From NCBI GenBank assembly GCA_037916975.1, contig JBAIWX010000007.1:41-64040 (forward strand): a DNA stretch of 64,000 nt, written 5' to 3'. A model generated the notes under the pieces. The model was not told the DNA's origin, made no database searches, and saw only the letters and a program-made list of their open reading frames with translations. Every line of letters begins with the position of its first letter. Position 1 is the first letter of the stretch. Source of the DNA: Gemmatimonadales bacterium. Lineage in GTDB: Bacteria > Gemmatimonadota > Gemmatimonadetes > Gemmatimonadales > GWC2-71-9. The translations under genes and the position numbers were made by a program. Below are positions 1-9,495 of the stretch, in pieces.

Positions 1-725
1 TGCCCGGCGAAGTGCACGGCGCCGCGCAGCCCGAGGCGCGCCGCCTGCCGCTCGAGGGCCGTGCGCTCGGGGCCGTCGCCGGCGAGCACCCAGCGGAGCG
101 CAGGGTGGGAGCCGGCGAGCCGTGCCGCCGCCTCGAGGAGGTCGGCGTGGCCCTTCTCGGGGGTCAGGGCGGCGACGGTGACGGCGACCGGCGCCGTCCC
201 GGGCCAGCCCAGGCGGGCCCGGATGCCGCTCGGCACGGCGCGTGCTGTCTCGTCGACGGGGATCGCGGAGGGGATGACCGTGATCCGGTCCGCCGGGACA
301 CCACCCGCCTCGAGCGCCTGCCGGACCGCCTCGGAGATCGCGATCGCCCGGCTCACGCGGCGCCAGGGCCCGGGGCCGACCGGAAAGACGACGCGGCGCG
401 TCGCGACCAGCGGCACGTCGCGCGGCGCGGCCCAGGCGGCGAGGCGGAGGGCGTGCGCGTCGTGGGCGTGGAGGAGGCTCCCGGGGCGGCGGGACTCGGA
501 TAAGATTGCGATGAAGGCCCGCGGGTCGAGCCCCGCGCGCCACGCCACCTCGCGCACGGGGATCCCGTCCGCGCGGCAGCGTCGCGCGAGTGCCGAGCCG
601 CGGCCGGTGAGCACGAGCTGCGGCGGGCCGCCTTGGCGGGCGAGTTCGCGGGCGAGGAGCCAGACCTGCCGCTCGCCACCGCGCCACGCCCGGCCGCGCG
701 CGAGGTGCACGACCCGCGTCAGCAC
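1..725 (-). CDS. Glycosyltransferase family 4 (GT-B, group 1), N-terminal ~241 aa; 3' end runs off the window
   Basis: My own translation of the minus strand from GTG at 725 (GAGGGGA 4 nt upstream) gives VLTRVVHLARGRAWRGGERQVWLLARELARQGG...LLHAHDAHALRLA...VIPSAIPVDE...LTPEKGHADLLEAA...LAGDGPER with no stop down to base 1. It is absent from the ORF track because it is open at the window edge. Confidence 0.6.
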   Translation of the reverse strand, partial: MLTRVVHLARGRAWRGGERQVWLLARELARQGGPPQLVLTGRGSALARRCRADGIPVREVAWRAGLDPRAFIAILSESRRPGSLLHAHDAHALRLAAWAAPRDVPLVATRRVVFPVGPGPWRRVSRAIAISEAVRQALEAGGVPADRITVIPSAIPVDETARAVPSGIRARLGWPGTAPVAVTVAALTPEKGHADLLEAAARLAGSHPALRWVLAGDGPERTALERQAARLGLRGAVHFAG

Positions 726-820
726 GGCGTCCCCTCATGACCGGGCGGGCGCGGGCCGATCCTCGGGAAGAGGGGGGCGGGGAGGGGCGGCACCACCACC
801 GCCAGCACGGAGGGCCAGTC

Positions 821-1546
821 GTGATCCGACCCGACACGCGCGGCCACCTCGGGGCCCGCGACCTGCAGCTCGTGATCCTGCTCCTGAGCCGCGGCTCGGC
901 GCCGAAGCGCCGGGCGCTCGAGCGGCGCCTGCAGCAGGAGGGCCCCGACGCGCTCCTCGACGCGCCGGAGCTGCTCGAGCGGCTGCTCGCGGTCCGCACC
1001 CTGCTCGTCCCGTCGGATCACCTGCTCTTCTACGTGCTCGTCCGCCACGCGCTCCGGCGCTCGGGCGTGGACGACCGCGACCTCGCCGACTACGTCGCGG
1101 CGGTGCTGCTGGCCTTCGGGCAGCGGGACCGCGCGTGGCGGGTGGACTGGAACGACGATGCCACGCACGAGTACTTCGTGGACCTGCTCGGCGACCTCGA
1201 GCGCACCACCGGCGACCGCCGCTTCAAGGTGCTCGCGCACCTCGGCAACTACGCGCTCTGGCTCGCGGGGGTGTTCCCCGACTACATCGCCGCGCGGCGG
1301 CTCCGGCGCGGCGGCCCCGACGTGAGCTACTACGAGGCGCTGGGGCGGCGGGGCTTCGGCCTCGCGTCGGACCATGCGCTCGCGGACCAGTACGGGCTCG
1401 ACGGCATCTTCCGCTCGGCGTCCGAGCGCTTCCGCGCGCTCCGGACCGCGCTCAACGGGCTGAGCGACCAGGTCTTCTTCCCGCACCACTGCACGCCCGA
1501 CCGGATCGCGCGCGCGCTCGAGGCCGGCGGGGGCCACGAGGCCTAG
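821..1546 (+). CDS. Conserved hypothetical protein (no family recognised)
   Basis: Track ORF 737..1546. The C-terminal ~200 aa have normal composition (YFVDLLGDLERTTGDRRFKVLAHLGNYALWLAGVFPDYI). GTG 821 has GGAGGG 6 nt upstream and was chosen as start; ATG 737 is an alternative. Confidence 0.5.
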   Translation: MIRPDTRGHLGARDLQLVILLLSRGSAPKRRALERRLQQEGPDALLDAPELLERLLAVRTLLVPSDHLLFYVLVRHALRRSGVDDRDLADYVAAVLLAFGQRDRAWRVDWNDDATHEYFVDLLGDLERTTGDRRFKVLAHLGNYALWLAGVFPDYIAARRLRRGGPDVSYYEALGRRGFGLASDHALADQYGLDGIFRSASERFRALRTALNGLSDQVFFPHHCTPDRIARALEAGGGHEA

Positions 1547-2274
1547 GCGCGCGGGGCGGCGGCGGCCGCCTCGACGAGCGCCGAGAAGAGCCCGCGATCC
1601 GGCGCGGCCGGGTCGGCATGCATCTCCTCCGGGTGCCACTGCACGGCGAGGAGCCAGCCCGCGCCGTCCTCCCCCTCGAACGCCTCGATGACGCCGTCGT
1701 CGGCCCAGCCCGTGGGGCGGAGGCCGGCGGCGAGGTCGCGCACCGCCTGGTGGTGGAACGAGTTCACCGTGAGGGCGGTCGCGCCGACGGCGGCGGCCGC
1801 CGCACTCCCGGCCGCGAGGCGCACCGCGTGCGTGCGGGCGTCGCGCGCGGCGGGCGGGTCGTGGGCCACGTGCGTGGGGCGCTCGGTCGGGAGGTCCTGC
1901 CAGAGGGTGCCGCCCAGCGCCACGTTCACGAGCTGGAGCCCGCGGCAGATGCCGAGCACCGGCAGGCCCCGCTGGCGCGCGGCGGCGAAGAGGGCGAGCT
2001 CGAAGCGGTCGCGCAGCCGGTCCACGCGCCCGAGCCGCGGGGAGGGCACCGCGCCGTACCAGGCGGGATCGAGGTCCTCGCCGCCGGTGAGGAGGAGGCC
2101 GTCCATCCCCTCGAGGGCGAGGGCGGCGTGCTCGGCGCCGACGAGCGGCGAGAGGATGACGGGGAGTGCGCCGGCGGCGCGCACCGCGTGCACGTAGCCC
2201 GCGTTGACGCCGGTGCGCTCGGCGCCCTGCACCTCGCGCCGCAGGCCGCTCACCGCGATGCGCGGCGGCGTCAC
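1543..2274 (-). CDS. Class I glutamine amidotransferase / peptidase C26 (gamma-glutamyl-GABA hydrolase-like)
   Basis: 243 aa with GICRGLQ (nucleophile Cys), SFHHQ and AVQWHPE signatures. There is a 4-nt overlap with the upstream lipoprotein gene. Confidence 0.8.
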   Translation of the reverse strand: MTPPRIAVSGLRREVQGAERTGVNAGYVHAVRAAGALPVILSPLVGAEHAALALEGMDGLLLTGGEDLDPAWYGAVPSPRLGRVDRLRDRFELALFAAARQRGLPVLGICRGLQLVNVALGGTLWQDLPTERPTHVAHDPPAARDARTHAVRLAAGSAAAAAVGATALTVNSFHHQAVRDLAAGLRPTGWADDGVIEAFEGEDGAGWLLAVQWHPEEMHADPAAPDRGLFSALVEAAAAAPRA

Positions 2275-2762
2275 GGCTGGCGGAGCGAGTCGGGGAAGAG
2301 CGGGCAGGCGGGGTCCTGCACGGCGCCCATCTCGAGCTCGATGCCGAGGAGCGGGAGGGTGAGGCGGCCGGCATTCACCACGCCGAGCTTCGGCGCGGCC
2401 TCGATGGGATCGGTCTCGAAGAGCATCACGCCCTGCACCGCGCCGCCCTTCTGGACGACGAGGACCCCGAACTTCGGGGCGAGGGTGGCGGGCAGCGCGC
2501 CCTCGACGCCGATCACGAGGCCCGAATCGGCCCGGCCGACGAGCGCCGGGAACGCCGGGCCGGCCGCGACGCGCGCCACGGTGCGCTCGGGGAGCCGCGC
2601 CGGGGGCTGCGAGAGCGTCTGCTGCGGGATGGTGAACTGCTCGAGGAGCCGCGCCGCGCCGGCGATGGCGACGATGCCGCAGGTGGGGTTCGAGGTACGG
2701 GCCGGCGCGCCGCGGCCGCAGGCGGCGAGGGCGAGGAGCGTCGGGAGGACGAGGCGTCGCAT
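2271..2762 (-). CDS. Putative lipoprotein, unknown function
   Basis: 163 aa. Signal peptide with lipobox (LLALAAC). Normal composition, no family recognised. Confidence 0.6.
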   Translation of the reverse strand: MRRLVLPTLLALAACGRGAPARTSNPTCGIVAIAGAARLLEQFTIPQQTLSQPPARLPERTVARVAAGPAFPALVGRADSGLVIGVEGALPATLAPKFGVLVVQKGGAVQGVMLFETDPIEAAPKLGVVNAGRLTLPLLGIELEMGAVQDPACPLFPDSLRQP

Positions 2763-2833
2763 GGTCGGGTCGCTCGGCGCGTGAAGGTCGGGAGCGGGTC
2801 GCTCGGCGGAAAGCTAACGCCCGGCGGGCCGCG

Positions 2834-3493
2834 TCAGAGCGAGGCGACCAGCAGGACGGCGATGATGCGGTTCTTCACCGGGCTGCCCGCGGTGAGCCCG
2901 CGCATCCCCTGCGCGATGCGTCCCTCGAGCCCGAGCGCGAAGCCGCTGCGGTAGAGCGTGACCCCGCCGCCGGCGACCCAGGTGAACTCGGCGCGGCGGA
3001 CCGGCAGGCCCGCGTCGGCGCATTCCACGGCGCTCACGCTGGTGCTCGACTCGAGGCGGAGGCTGCAGCCGGCACGGAGGCCGACGCCCGCGCCCCCGAA
3101 GAGGACGGGCCGCAGCCCCCGCGCACGGCGCGGCGGGGCGAGGCGCACGAGCACGGGGAGCTCGAGGTAGCCGAGCTCGAGCGCGGCGCGCGCGACGGTG
3201 TCGGCCGCGGTGGTGAAGGGGGTCTGGCCGCCCTTGATCACGAAGTTGAGCTCCGGCTGCACCGCGACCCACGGCGCCAGGCGCAGCCGGTACCAGGCGC
3301 CCACGAAGGCGCTCTGCCGGCCCTCGAGGGCGACCTCGCCGGGCCCCGGGGCGGGCAACCCCACGAAGCTCGCGCGCGAGTAGCCGAGCTGGAAGCCGAG
3401 GGCGCGCGGCACGCGCTGCTGCGCGGGCGCGGGGGCCGGCGCGGCGAGGAGCGCGGCGCCGAGCGCGAGGAGGGGGCGGAGGGCACGGGGCAT
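2834..3493 (-). CDS. Small outer-membrane beta-barrel protein (porin/OmpA-like beta-barrel family)
   Basis: Internal ATG (residue 128) of the 346-aa track ORF. MPRALRPLLALGAALLAAPAPAPAQQ signal peptide is followed by alternating hydrophobic beta-strand patterns (AWYRLRLAPWVAVQPELNFV, FTWVAGGGVTLY). The upstream part of the track ORF is Arg/Pro junk. Confidence 0.55.
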   Translation of the reverse strand: MPRALRPLLALGAALLAAPAPAPAQQRVPRALGFQLGYSRASFVGLPAPGPGEVALEGRQSAFVGAWYRLRLAPWVAVQPELNFVIKGGQTPFTTAADTVARAALELGYLELPVLVRLAPPRRARGLRPVLFGGAGVGLRAGCSLRLESSTSVSAVECADAGLPVRRAEFTWVAGGGVTLYRSGFALGLEGRIAQGMRGLTAGSPVKNRIIAVLLVASL

Positions 3494-3604
3494 CGCCCGC
3501 AAGATAGCGGCGCCGCGGCGTGCGCCGGGGCGCCGGCTCGCTTGACCCGGTGCCGCCGCGGGGCGTACTCTTCGCGGTTCCCTCAGCCACCCGCGGCCCT
3601 CCGC

Positions 3605-4162
3605 ATGTTCGAGAGCCTCAAGGCGCGCCTCGACCGCCTCTTCGCCGAGCACACCCCGCCCGCCGATGCCCGCGCCCGCGGCGCCCTGCTGCACGAGGCC
3701 GTGGTCGAGGCGAAGGTCGGGCTCGGCCGGCTGCGCGACGGGGTGGCGGCGACGGAGCGGGAGCTCGCGCAGGAGCGCGGGCACCTGGCGGACGCCGAGC
3801 GGCGCGGGCGGCTCGCCGCGGAGATCGGCGACGAGGAGACGGTGACCGTCGCCCAGCGCTTCGCGGAGCGGCACCGCGAGCGCGCCGGGGTGCTCGACCG
3901 GAAGCTGGCGGCGCAGCGGGAGGAACTGGCGCTCGCCGAGCGCGAGGTGGCGGAGATGACGGCGCAGCTCCGCGCGCGGCCCGCGGCCCAGGCCGACCGG
4001 TCGCTCGAGGCGGCGTGGCGCGACCTCGAGGCGGCGGGCGGGGCCCGCCCGGGCACGGACGCGGCCGACGACCTGCTCCGCGCCGAGGCCGACGCGGCGG
4101 CCCGGCAGGCGGCGGTCGAGGCCCAGCTCGCCGCGCTCAAGAAGAAGCTCGGCCGGGACTGA
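3605..4162 (+). CDS. Coiled-coil protein, PspA/IM30-like
   Basis: Start at ATG 3605 (MFESLKARLDRLF). Heptad-rich Ala/Glu/Arg sequence ending AVEAQLAALKKKL, reminiscent of the PspA family C-terminus. Family call is tentative. Confidence 0.45.
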   Translation: MFESLKARLDRLFAEHTPPADARARGALLHEAVVEAKVGLGRLRDGVAATERELAQERGHLADAERRGRLAAEIGDEETVTVAQRFAERHRERAGVLDRKLAAQREELALAEREVAEMTAQLRARPAAQADRSLEAAWRDLEAAGGARPGTDAADDLLRAEADAAARQAAVEAQLAALKKKLGRD

Positions 4163-4193
4163 CCGGCCCCGTCACGGACCCGAACCCACGACC

Positions 4194-5306
4194 ATGCCCC
4201 AGCGACGACTCCGCCGCCCCGTGCGGCGCCTCCCCCACGCGGCCCTCGCCCTCGCCGCCGCGGCGTTCGTTCCCCCCGTCGTTGCCCAGCAGCAGCCGAT
4301 CGCTCCCCCCGCGCACTTCGAGAAGCTCGCCCACACCTACAGCATCGTCGCGTGGGACTCGGTGACCGGCGACCTCGGCGTCGCGGTGCAGTCCAAGTTC
4401 CCGAACGTGGGCGGCATCGTCCCGTGGGCGAAGGCGGGCGTGGGCGCGGTCGCGACACAGAGCCTCGGGAACACGGCCTACGGCGAGCGCGGGCTCGAGC
4501 TCCTGGGCCTCGGCGCGTCGGCGGAGGAGGCGCTCCGCATCGTGATGCGCACCGACACGATGCTCGCCGACCGCCAGGTGGGGATCGTGGACGCGCGCGG
4601 GAACGCGGCGAGCTTCACCGGGACGCGCACCTTCGACTGGGCCGGCGGGCGGGTCGGCTGCGCGCCGGGCGCGGCGCCGGCGGGCGACTCGGTGCGGGTC
4701 GAGCGCGCGGCCGGCGGGTGCCAGGTGGCGGGCGGGAAGGGGGCGGTGATCGCGGGGCGCGGCTTCGCGGCGCAGGCGAACATCATGGTCTCCGACCGGA
4801 CCGTGCGGAACATGGCCGACGCCTACCAGCGCGCGACCGGCGACCTCGCGAGCCGCCTGATGGCGGCGCTCGAGGCGGGGCAGGCGGGCGGCGGGGACAA
4901 GCGCGGCATGCAGTCGGCGGCGCTCCTCGTCGTGCGGCGGGGCGGGGGCTACCTCGGCGCCAACGACCGCTTCATCGACATCCGCGTCTACGACGCGCCG
5001 CAGCCGATCGCGGAGCTCCAGCGGCTCCTCGCGCTCCACCGGCTCCACTTCTTCCCGAGCGAGCCGGCGGACCTCGTCCCGATCACGCCGGCGATCGTGC
5101 GGCAGCTCGAGCCGATCCTGCTCCGGGAGCCGGCGGGCCAGGCGCAGCACTGGCTCGCCGCGCCGCAGGGGAGCGCCACCCCGGCCTTCCTCGCGGCGCT
5201 CCGCGACTTCATGTACTGGGAGAACTACGACGTCCGCGTCCGCATGGACGGGCAGATCGACCGCGTCGTGCTGCAGGACATCCTCCGGAAGCGCGCCGGG
5301 CAGTGA
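4194..5306 (+). CDS. Secreted DUF1028 (Ntn-hydrolase fold) protein with C-terminal extra domain
   Basis: 370 aa. Signal peptide ...VVAQQQP. HTYSIVAWD...GVAVQSKF motif typical of DUF1028. The C-terminal ~90 aa (ITPAIVRQLEPILL...FMYWENY) look like a peptidoglycan-binding-like repeat. Confidence 0.7.
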   Translation: MPQRRLRRPVRRLPHAALALAAAAFVPPVVAQQQPIAPPAHFEKLAHTYSIVAWDSVTGDLGVAVQSKFPNVGGIVPWAKAGVGAVATQSLGNTAYGERGLELLGLGASAEEALRIVMRTDTMLADRQVGIVDARGNAASFTGTRTFDWAGGRVGCAPGAAPAGDSVRVERAAGGCQVAGGKGAVIAGRGFAAQANIMVSDRTVRNMADAYQRATGDLASRLMAALEAGQAGGGDKRGMQSAALLVVRRGGGYLGANDRFIDIRVYDAPQPIAELQRLLALHRLHFFPSEPADLVPITPAIVRQLEPILLREPAGQAQHWLAAPQGSATPAFLAALRDFMYWENYDVRVRMDGQIDRVVLQDILRKRAGQ

Positions 5307-5342
5307 GCGCCGCTTCGTGACCCCACCGACGGGAGACCACCG

Positions 5343-6869
5343 GTGACCTCGACCCCCCCGACCGCCCAGGACACGGCCTTCTTCGGCCACCCGCGCGGCC
5401 TGTCCACGCTCTTCTTCACCGAGATGTGGGAGCGCTTCGCCTACTACGGCATGCGCGCCATCCTCATCCTGTTCATGACCGCGTCGGTGGCGAACGGCGG
5501 CCTCGGCTTCGACGTCGCGAAGGCGGGCGCGGTGTACGGGACGTACGTCGCGCTGGTGTACATGCTCACGCTGCCGGGGGGCTGGATCGCCGACCGGATC
5601 CTCGGGCTCCGGCGCTCGGTGCTGTACGGCGGCATCCTCATCATGCTCGGCCAGGGGTGCCTCGCGGTGCCGGGGACGGCCTTCTTCTACCCGGGCCTCC
5701 TCCTGATGGTGCTCGGCGTGGGCCTCCTCAAGCCGAACGTGAGCGTCATCGTCGGCGAGCTGTACGGGCGCGAGGACGTGCGGCGCGACGCGGGCTTCTC
5801 GATCTTCTACATGGGGATCAACCTCGGCGCCTTCATCTCGCCGCTCATCGTGGGCTGGCTCGCGCAGAGCGACGGCTTCAAGGCGATGCTGCAGGGCTGG
5901 GGCATCACGCCCGAGACGTCGTGGCACTGGGGCTTCGGCGTGGGCGCGCTCGGCATGTTCCTCGGGCTGGTGCAGTACGTGCTGGGGTGGAAGCACCTGG
6001 GGGAGGCCGGGATGCACCCGAGCGTGGCCCCCGCCTCGGCGGAGGGCGCGGCGGCCCGGCGGCAGCTCTGGCTCGGGGCGGGGGCGCTCCTCGCCGTCGT
6101 CGCCGCCGTCGCGGCGCTCGTGGTGCAGGGGGTGCTGAGCGTGCAGACGGTGACGAACGCGTTCAGCGGGCTCTACTTCCTGATCGTCGTCGCGTTCTTC
6201 GTCTGGCTCTTCTTCTTCGGCACGTGGACGCGGGACGAGTACAAGCGGCTCGTCGTGATCCTCGTCCTCTTCGTGGGCGCCGCGATCTTCTGGTCGGCGT
6301 TCGAGCAGGCCGCGTCCACGCTCAACCTCTTCGCCAACGAGAAGACGCGGAACAGCGTCTTCGGGTGGACCTTCCCGGCGAGCTGGTTCCAGTCGGTGAA
6401 CGCGGTGATGATCATCGCGCTCGCGCCGGTGTTCGCGTGGATCTGGCTCGCCCTCGGCAAGCGCGACCCGTCGAGCCCGGCCAAGTTCGCCGTGGGGCTC
6501 CTCTTCGTGGGGCTCGGCTTCGCGGTGATGGTGGGGGCGGCGCAGGCGGCGGCGGGGGGCGAGAAGGTGAGCCCGGGGTGGCTCACGCTCACCTACCTCC
6601 TGCACACGATCGGCGAGCTCTGCCTCTCGCCGGTGGGCCTCAGCTCGATGACGAAGCTCGCGCCCGACCGGGTGAAGGGGCTGATGATGGGCGTCTGGTT
6701 CCTCGCCGCGTCCATGGGGAACCTGATCGCGGGGCGGGTGGTGGGCTTCCTCGAGAAGTTCAGCCCCGCGCAGATCTTCACGGCGGTGACGGCGTTCGCG
6801 ATCGTGGCGAGCGTCGTGATGTTCGCGCTCGTGGCGCCGATCCGCCGGATGCTCGAGCGCGAGGGCTAG
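5343..6869 (+). CDS. Proton-dependent oligopeptide transporter (POT/PTR2 family di-/tripeptide permease)
   Basis: 508 aa. FFGHPRGLSTLFFTEMWERFAYYGMRAIL and FYMGINLGAFISP PTR2 signatures, about 14 TM segments. Confidence 0.9.
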   Translation: MTSTPPTAQDTAFFGHPRGLSTLFFTEMWERFAYYGMRAILILFMTASVANGGLGFDVAKAGAVYGTYVALVYMLTLPGGWIADRILGLRRSVLYGGILIMLGQGCLAVPGTAFFYPGLLLMVLGVGLLKPNVSVIVGELYGREDVRRDAGFSIFYMGINLGAFISPLIVGWLAQSDGFKAMLQGWGITPETSWHWGFGVGALGMFLGLVQYVLGWKHLGEAGMHPSVAPASAEGAAARRQLWLGAGALLAVVAAVAALVVQGVLSVQTVTNAFSGLYFLIVVAFFVWLFFFGTWTRDEYKRLVVILVLFVGAAIFWSAFEQAASTLNLFANEKTRNSVFGWTFPASWFQSVNAVMIIALAPVFAWIWLALGKRDPSSPAKFAVGLLFVGLGFAVMVGAAQAAAGGEKVSPGWLTLTYLLHTIGELCLSPVGLSSMTKLAPDRVKGLMMGVWFLAASMGNLIAGRVVGFLEKFSPAQIFTAVTAFAIVASVVMFALVAPIRRMLEREG

Positions 6870-6878
6870 GCCCGTCCC

Positions 6879-7415
6879 TCAGTCGTGGCGGTCGGCGGCG
6901 TAGAGGAGCACGTCGCCGACCTCCTCGTCCCACAGGGCGCCGACCCGGCGCATCCCGATCTTCTCCGCCACGCGCACCGACTTCTCGTTCCAGGGCGGGA
7001 TCGTGGCCGCGACGCGCCGGACGCCCGGCTGGCGGAGGGCCCAGTCGAGGAGCCCCCCCGCCGCCTCGGTGGCGAAGCCGTGGCCCTCGTGGCCGGGATA
7101 GGTCGCGTAGCCCATGATGACGGCGCCCTCGGCGTCCGGGGGACCGCCGAGCCCGACCGAACCCACCGCCTGCCCGGTGTCCCGCCGCACCACGACCCAA
7201 CTCCACCACCCGTCCTGCGACGGGTCGCGCCGCAGGCGGTCGCGGAGGTCCGGCAGGACGTCCTCCATGAGCGGCGGCGGGGCGAGCGGCTGCGGGAAGG
7301 CGGCGCTCGTGAGTGCCGAGAGCCGGAGCGCGTCGCCCGCGAGGAGCGCGTCGATCGCCTCGGCGGAGAACGGCGTGAGGGTGAGGCGGTCGGTGCGGAT
7401 CGGGCCGGCGGGCAT
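6879..7415 (-). CDS. GNAT family N-acetyltransferase (RimJ/RimL-like)
   Basis: C-terminal 178 aa of the 571-aa track ORF starting MPAGPIRTDRLTLTPF. GYATYPGHEGHGFATEAAGGLLDWA acetyl-CoA-binding-type motif. Confidence 0.8.
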   Translation of the reverse strand: MPAGPIRTDRLTLTPFSAEAIDALLAGDALRLSALTSAAFPQPLAPPPLMEDVLPDLRDRLRRDPSQDGWWSWVVVRRDTGQAVGSVGLGGPPDAEGAVIMGYATYPGHEGHGFATEAAGGLLDWALRQPGVRRVAATIPPWNEKSVRVAEKIGMRRVGALWDEEVGDVLLYAADRHD

Positions 7416-7502
7416 GGGCGGCGCGCTCTCTTCTCGGGGGTCGGCGGGATTCTTACATTGGGACCAGCCGCCGGCAAGACCCGGCCCCACCCGGAGCATC
7501 CT

Positions 7503-8621
7503 ATGGCCAGCTTCACCCGCACGGCCGCCGTCTCGACCCACGGCCAGCGCACCCTCACCCGGCGCGAGTACACCGACCCGGCGCACTTCGCGGAGGAGCT
7601 CGAGCGCGTCTTCGCCGCCCACTGGGTCTGCGTCGGGCGCGAGGAGCAGGTGGCGAACCCCGGCGACTACGTGCTCGTGGACGTGGCGGGCGAGAGCCTC
7701 GTGCTGCTCCGCGACCGGGGCGGTGCCGTGCGCGCGCACTTCAACGTCTGCCGCCACCGCGGCACGCGGCTCTGCGAGGAGCCCTGCGGCACCCTGGGCG
7801 AGACGATCCAGTGCCCCTACCACGCGTGGACCTACGCGCTCGACGGCCGCCTCGTCGGCGTGCCGGACCAGAAGGAGTTCGAGGGGTTCGACCGCGGGCA
7901 GTTCGGCCTCAAGGCGGCGGCGGTCGCGACCTGGGGCGGGTTCCTCTTCGTGCACCTCGGCGACCGCCCGGAGCCGTTCGCCGAGTGGTTCGCGCCCGTG
8001 ATGGCGCGGAGCGCGCGGTGGGGCCTCGAGGGGCTGCGCGTGGCGCGCCGGATCGAGTACGACGTGCGCGCCAACTGGAAGATCCTCTTCGAGAACTACT
8101 CCGAGTGCTACCACTGCTCGCCGGCGCACCCGGCCCTCGCGCGGCTCTCCCCCTCCACGAGCGGGGAGAACGACCTCACCGACGGGCCGTTCCTCGGCGG
8201 CTTCATGCAGGTGACGCGCCCGGGCGGGAGCCTCACCGAGAGCGGCGCCAGCTGCGGGCTCCCGGTGGGCGACCTCCCCGAGGCGGAGCGGCAGCGCGTG
8301 TACTACTACTCGATCTTCCCGAACATGCTGCTGAGCCTGCACCACGACTACGTCATGGTGCACACCTTCCGCCCGCAGGCGCCCGATCGCACGCTCGTCA
8401 CCTGCGAGTTCCTCTTCCAGCCCGGCTCGCGCGAGGCGGGGTTCGACCCCGACGACGGCGTGCGCTTCTGGGACCGCACCAACCGCGAGGACTGGCATCT
8501 CTGCGAGCGCACGCAGCAGGGGGTCGGGAGCCGCGCCTACCGGCCCGGCCCCTACTCGCGGCGCGAGAGCGTGAGCGCCGCGTGGGACCGGCACTACCGG
8601 CAGGTGATGGCCGAGGGCTGA
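7503..8621 (+). CDS. Rieske [2Fe-2S] aromatic ring-hydroxylating oxygenase, alpha subunit-like
   Basis: 372 aa from ATG 7503 (MASFTRT). Rieske CRHRG...CPYHAW motif and mononuclear-iron motif NYSECYHCSPAHP. Confidence 0.85.
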   Translation: MASFTRTAAVSTHGQRTLTRREYTDPAHFAEELERVFAAHWVCVGREEQVANPGDYVLVDVAGESLVLLRDRGGAVRAHFNVCRHRGTRLCEEPCGTLGETIQCPYHAWTYALDGRLVGVPDQKEFEGFDRGQFGLKAAAVATWGGFLFVHLGDRPEPFAEWFAPVMARSARWGLEGLRVARRIEYDVRANWKILFENYSECYHCSPAHPALARLSPSTSGENDLTDGPFLGGFMQVTRPGGSLTESGASCGLPVGDLPEAERQRVYYYSIFPNMLLSLHHDYVMVHTFRPQAPDRTLVTCEFLFQPGSREAGFDPDDGVRFWDRTNREDWHLCERTQQGVGSRAYRPGPYSRRESVSAAWDRHYRQVMAEG

Positions 8622-8631
8622 GGCCGCAGGG

Positions 8632-9009
8632 ATGCGCCGGCTCTTCCACTACGAGGCGCGGGGCCTCCGGCCGCTCGGTCGCGCGGCCTTCCACCGCCGC
8701 CTGCTGCGGCACGGCGGGGTGGCCGCGGCGATGGTGGGCGTCTCCCTCGGGCTCGGCATGGCGGGCTACCACGTCTTCGAGCGCCTGCCGTGGCTCGACG
8801 CGTTCCTGAACGCGGCGATGCTGCTGGGCGGGATGGGGCCGGTGGACGTGCCCCGCACTTCGGCGGGGAAGTTCTTCGCGGGCTGCTACGCGCTGTACGC
8901 GGGGCTCGTCTTCCTCGTCGTGGCGGCGACGCTCCTGGCGCCGGTGCTCCACCGGCTGCTCCACCGCTTCCACTGGGAAGGCGCCGACGAACCCGGGGGG
9001 ACTCCGTGA
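8632..9009 (+). CDS. Small 2-TM membrane protein, ion-channel-like
   Basis: 125 aa. TM1 (VAAAMVGVSLGLGMAGY), re-entrant-like WLDAFLNAAMLLGGMGPVD, TM2 (FAGCYALYAGLVFLVVAATLLA). Resembles a K+ channel pore module with a non-canonical filter. Confidence 0.5.
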   Translation: MRRLFHYEARGLRPLGRAAFHRRLLRHGGVAAAMVGVSLGLGMAGYHVFERLPWLDAFLNAAMLLGGMGPVDVPRTSAGKFFAGCYALYAGLVFLVVAATLLAPVLHRLLHRFHWEGADEPGGTP

Positions 9010-9470
9010 GCGCACACCTCGTCCGTCTCGTGGCCCACCTGCGCTGGGCCGACGAGCGCGTCCTCGCCGCCCTGCGCGGCGCCACCTCGGCGCCCCCGCG
9101 CGCACTCGAGCTCTACGCACACGTGGTCGGCGCCGAGCACGTCTGGGTCGCCCGCCTCCACGACGAGGCGCCCCGGCTCCCGCCCTGGCCCACCCTCTCC
9201 CTCCACGCCGCCGCCGCGCTCGCCGAGGAGACGCATGCGGCGCTTGCGCAGCTGGCGGCCGGGCTCGACGCCGCGGGGGCCGCGCGCCTGGTGAGCTACC
9301 GGAACTCGGCGGGCACCGCCTTCCAGTCCACGGTCGAGGAGATCCTGCTGCAGGTGGCGCTCCACGGCGCCTACCACCGCGGCCAGGTGGCACTCCTCCT
9401 CCGCGAGGCCGGCGCCGATCCCGTCCCCACCGACTTCATCCTCTTCACGCGCGAGGGCGGCGCCCGCTGA
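9006..9470 (+). CDS. DinB family protein
   Basis: GTG 9006 overlaps the previous stop (GTGA). 154 aa with LRWADERVL...HVVGAEHVW...ALHGAYHRGQVALLLR, the DinB four-helix His triad pattern. Confidence 0.75.
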   Translation: MSAHLVRLVAHLRWADERVLAALRGATSAPPRALELYAHVVGAEHVWVARLHDEAPRLPPWPTLSLHAAAALAEETHAALAQLAAGLDAAGAARLVSYRNSAGTAFQSTVEEILLQVALHGAYHRGQVALLLREAGADPVPTDFILFTREGGAR

Positions 9471-9495
9471 CCGTCCGGCGGGCGGCGCCGGCGGG

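Noticed and set aside
61-2784. 907-aa plus-strand ORF (also 12..503 and 719..2374) spanning several genes
   Set aside because: Extreme Arg/Pro/Ala/Gly composition with no motifs. It overlaps well-supported genes on other frames or strands (GT4, C26 amidotransferase, lipoprotein). This is a typical high-GC frame artefact.
4137-6605. 822-aa minus-strand ORF antisense to the DUF1028 and POT transporter genes
   Set aside because: Glu/Arg/Asp/His/Pro-rich mirror-frame product. The sense-strand proteins have strong family signatures.
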